DNA from: Candidatus Poribacteria bacterium
Lineage (GTDB): Bacteria > Poribacteria > WGA-4E > WGA-3G
Reading direction: 5' to 3'
Assembly (NCBI GenBank): GCA_965205015.1
Contig: OZ242029.1
Span: forward strand, 3,328,001 to 3,392,000
Length of the DNA: 64,000 bases
Shown here: one piece after another, positions 62,401-64,000 of the stretch
Numbering within the stretch: the stretch's first letter is position 1
Layout: each line of letters starts with the position of its first letter
Notes under the pieces: generated by a model
Database searches by the model: none
Told to the model about the DNA's origin: nothing
Seen by the model: the letters and a program-made list of their open reading frames with translations, nothing else
Made by a program: the position numbers and the translations under genes

Positions 62401-62741
62401 CGGACCGATTTAATTTTCACTTTCTCCTCGATCCACTCAGCACATGCCTTGGCAGTCTCACTTTGGGAAAGTTCATTACGCAATCCTAACCCTTCCTCAG
62501 TGAGACGAAATGCTTTGCTTTCCGTTTTTGAGGGATCCATTCCGTTGACAGCATCAGGTTGACCGAAAAGGAAACGGAGGTTATCAATGCCAGTCAGTGA
62601 ATCTCTGAGTGCATTGAAGGCATTAATTGTGAAATAGGCGGAGACGAAGGACAGGGATGCACCGTCTTGGATTTTATCCTTCAGAAAATTGGCGACGGTG
62701 CCGTACATATTGTTGTCTCGGATGCGGGAGGTTTTTGACAT
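59466..62741 (-). CDS. PLD-nuclease / SNF2-family helicase fusion
   Basis: HGKMY...GSSNFT (PLD), DSVGLGKT, DESHNFR, LSATPVNN, SEGQNLQD and QRFGRIDRIG. Confidence 0.9.
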   Translation of the reverse strand: MSKTSRIRDNNMYGTVANFLKDKIQDGASLSFVSAYFTINAFNALRDSLTGIDNLRFLFGQPDAVNGMDPSKTESKAFRLTEEGLGLRNELSQSETAKACAEWIEEKVKIKSVRKSNFLHGKMYYIENGNSEDAIIGSSNFTVRGLGLSGKASNIELNLEVDSKSDCADLKTWFDNLWESDQVVDVTAEVLRNLENAYQDKDPEFIYYKTLYHLFEDFLTDASDMQFAEANPSFLQTEIWQTLYAFQKHGVQACLQKLKAYNGCIIADSVGLGKTYEALAIIKYFELRNANVLVLCPKKLEKNWTLYPIHFRRRRNPLKADKFRYNVLAHTDLNREYGDANGIDLAQHEWDGYDLVVIDESHNFRNRGVRYEKLMEDVIQSGGKTQVLMLSATPVNNRLTDLANQICLITEDEDDAFRQTGIPSIRGTLNAAQSRFDTWTAETEQMAEKSQKQENLAESLNADFFALLDRLTIARSRTHVINFYDNAIEEVGQFPDREPPKSIFPEIDLQGKFPTYQAISHQIDGYQLAIFNPSRYIRKECRHHYGERLLQQREFNLIGMMKVNFLKRLESSVYSFATTLDRTLTDIKELEADIDDFMNLTTDVVKKDGFDPFAEGTEEAHAEDEDLQAGIQAGENQIYLYKHLDLDAWLADLRNDRIQLDKIYGTANNITPERDAKLEQLKQLITTKVQNPTKNRCGKENRKVLVFTAFADTANYLYDNLHEWGTKTLNIESAVVTGGVSRSEFVRNDFDEILTNFSPISKEREESETDGEELSEIDLLIATDCISEGQNLQDCDYLINYDIHWNPVRIIQRFGRIDRIGSKNEKIHLINFWPTPELDEYINLKPRVEARMALVNLTATGDDDLLSLENRDDSLEQVWTHRDEQLRRMQTEILDFDDIEEQLNLNQFTLDDFRAQLLNYLRQNEAKLRDASLGLYAVTAPLTHDGIPVNIKPGVIFCLRQIDETEDDSEGDKLNPIHPYYLIHISDEEEVSIGFTNPKRILERLSQLCVGKINPNQDLCHWFNEETNNGNDMTIYEMLLDAALNSIRQEYNRKVNDQLDASAEALLPSVDSQITEKTEFELIAWLVIAQE

Positions 62742-62823
62742 GGCGTGTTCTTTCGTAAACGAAACATTGAATACTCACGACAAGGCGCGAGGTCAGGCAG
62801 TGTTTCGCGTAATATCGACTCGT

Positions 62824-63015
62824 CTATGCTGTGTTAGTTTCAGGGTGGGTGGAATTTGGTTTCTGTTTCTCCTTAAGACGAAGGAACTTTACACCTTGCT
62901 TCTTAAGTTCTTCTTGCCTACGCATTACATCAACACAGTACCTATGAATGTCGCCGTTGAATCGCGCATTAACTTGTCGCTTTGCTTCATGAACTTCTTC
63001 CAGAATTTCGTTCAT
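62824..63015 (-). CDS. Small antitoxin-like hypothetical protein (63 aa)
   Basis: SD GGAG upstream; EILEEVHEAK......FNGDI pattern resembling small genes found downstream of PIN toxins. Confidence 0.5.
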   Translation of the reverse strand: MNEILEEVHEAKRQVNARFNGDIHRYCVDVMRRQEELKKQGVKFLRLKEKQKPNSTHPETNTA

Positions 63016-63217
63016 GTTTCAATCTCCAATAATCGCAGCGACGTTAGAATCCTGATCAGTTTCATGTTTCAACTGAGCACGTGAATCGTACCGGACAGCA
63101 GCTTCTAAAAAATGGTTATGATCTCATAATACCAAATTCGTTGAAAATTCGCAAGCATAAAAATCCGAAATCTGCTATACTAATTACAAACCAACATTCA
63201 AAAATACAGGTGAAAAA

Positions 63218-64000
63218 ATGACAAAATGGACAGCCTGCTTGGCAACACTTCTCTGTTTGGGGGTTGCTATCCATGGCAGTGGGGCAGAAGAATTAACATT
63301 AGACGATATTTTTCCAACTGACCGAATTATAGATGTCCAAATCACCGTTCCAAAACGGGATTGGGACACGATCCGGTATCAGTCACGGGATTTTATGACA
63401 GCACTCGGGGCGTCTCGGCAATTTAAGCCGATGGAGAGTCCGTATACCTATGTTGAGGCAAGCGTCAGTATTGATGGTGTTGTCTTTCCAAAGGTAGGAT
63501 TGCGTAAAAAAGGGTTCATCGGTTCACTAAGCCACACCCGTCCGTCTCTCAAAATCAAGCTCAATCACATCGATAAAGAGGGCGGGATTGAAGGACTCAC
63601 GAACCTAACACTCAATAACAACAAACAGGACACAGGTTTGGTGAGCCAATTTTTGGGGTATGCATTGTTTAATACAATCGGATCGCCGGCGTCGCGATGC
63701 GCCTATGCGAAAGTAACGGTGAACGGCGAAAACCTTGGCATTTATGCACACGTAGAGACTATGCGTAAACCCTTATTGAAACGCGCTTTCGGAAATAGCG
63801 AGGGTCCCCTCTATGAAGGGACAGTCGTGGACTTTTACAAGGGATGGGAAAACAGTTTTGAACATAAACGGGGGGATGACACACGTGGCAGAGCACATAT
63901 CAACGCTTTGATCGATCTGCTGGCGGATCCGAAAGCCACAGAGGCAGATATTGGTGAGTTAGTAGACTTGGATGCGTTCTATAGATTCTGGGCAATTGAA
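63218..64000 (+). CDS. CotH kinase family secreted protein (runs off the window end)
   Basis: Not in the ORF track. My translation gives MTKWTACLATLLCLG...VGLRKKGFIGS...RPSLKIKLN...LTLNNNKQD...VTVNGENLGIYAHVE. Confidence 0.8.
   Translation, partial: MTKWTACLATLLCLGVAIHGSGAEELTLDDIFPTDRIIDVQITVPKRDWDTIRYQSRDFMTALGASRQFKPMESPYTYVEASVSIDGVVFPKVGLRKKGFIGSLSHTRPSLKIKLNHIDKEGGIEGLTNLTLNNNKQDTGLVSQFLGYALFNTIGSPASRCAYAKVTVNGENLGIYAHVETMRKPLLKRAFGNSEGPLYEGTVVDFYKGWENSFEHKRGDDTRGRAHINALIDLLADPKATEADIGELVDLDAFYRFWAIE

Noticed and set aside
53123-63015. Prophage or ICE
   Set aside because: No integrase, structural, replication or conjugation genes and no att repeats recognised; treated as a defence island.

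Overview
Bacterial chromosomal window. It is probably from a Candidatus Poribacteria-like genome, inferred from a LamG protein ending in KLTTTWGALK, a dockerin-tailed secreted protein and DUF6785-like membrane proteins. The first ~45 kb are mostly housekeeping genes: lon (partial), fumC, greatly enlarged rpoB and rpoC, a stand-alone fusA paralog, degP, tRNA-Pro(GGG), hom, yceD-rpmF-fabHDG-acpP-fabF, folK, sucC-pgk-proS-sucD, panB and hisI-trpE-trpG. Several families of short intergenic repeats are scattered among them. The last ~19 kb are accessory: a cobalamin-riboswitch-controlled three-gene uptake-like operon, an RHH gene with phased repeats, and a defence island (PLD-SNF2 helicase, type IIG methyltransferase split at a C10 tract, HD hydrolase, YwgA-like protein ending in DDIPF, XRE), followed by a partial CotH-like gene. 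The main signals not in the ORF track are: (1) a 33-aa His/Trp-rich leader peptide (HWHWWR) with attenuator architecture upstream of hisI-trpE-trpG; (2) a 433-bp ORF-less IscB/HEARO-like (omega-RNA) element whose removal restores an ATGA stop/start overlap; (3) a ~35-aa module of the beta' clamp region amplified about 18 times across both large RNA polymerase subunits, with a dead-nuclease-like domain nested in one copy. All family assignments come from motif recognition by eye; no searches were run.
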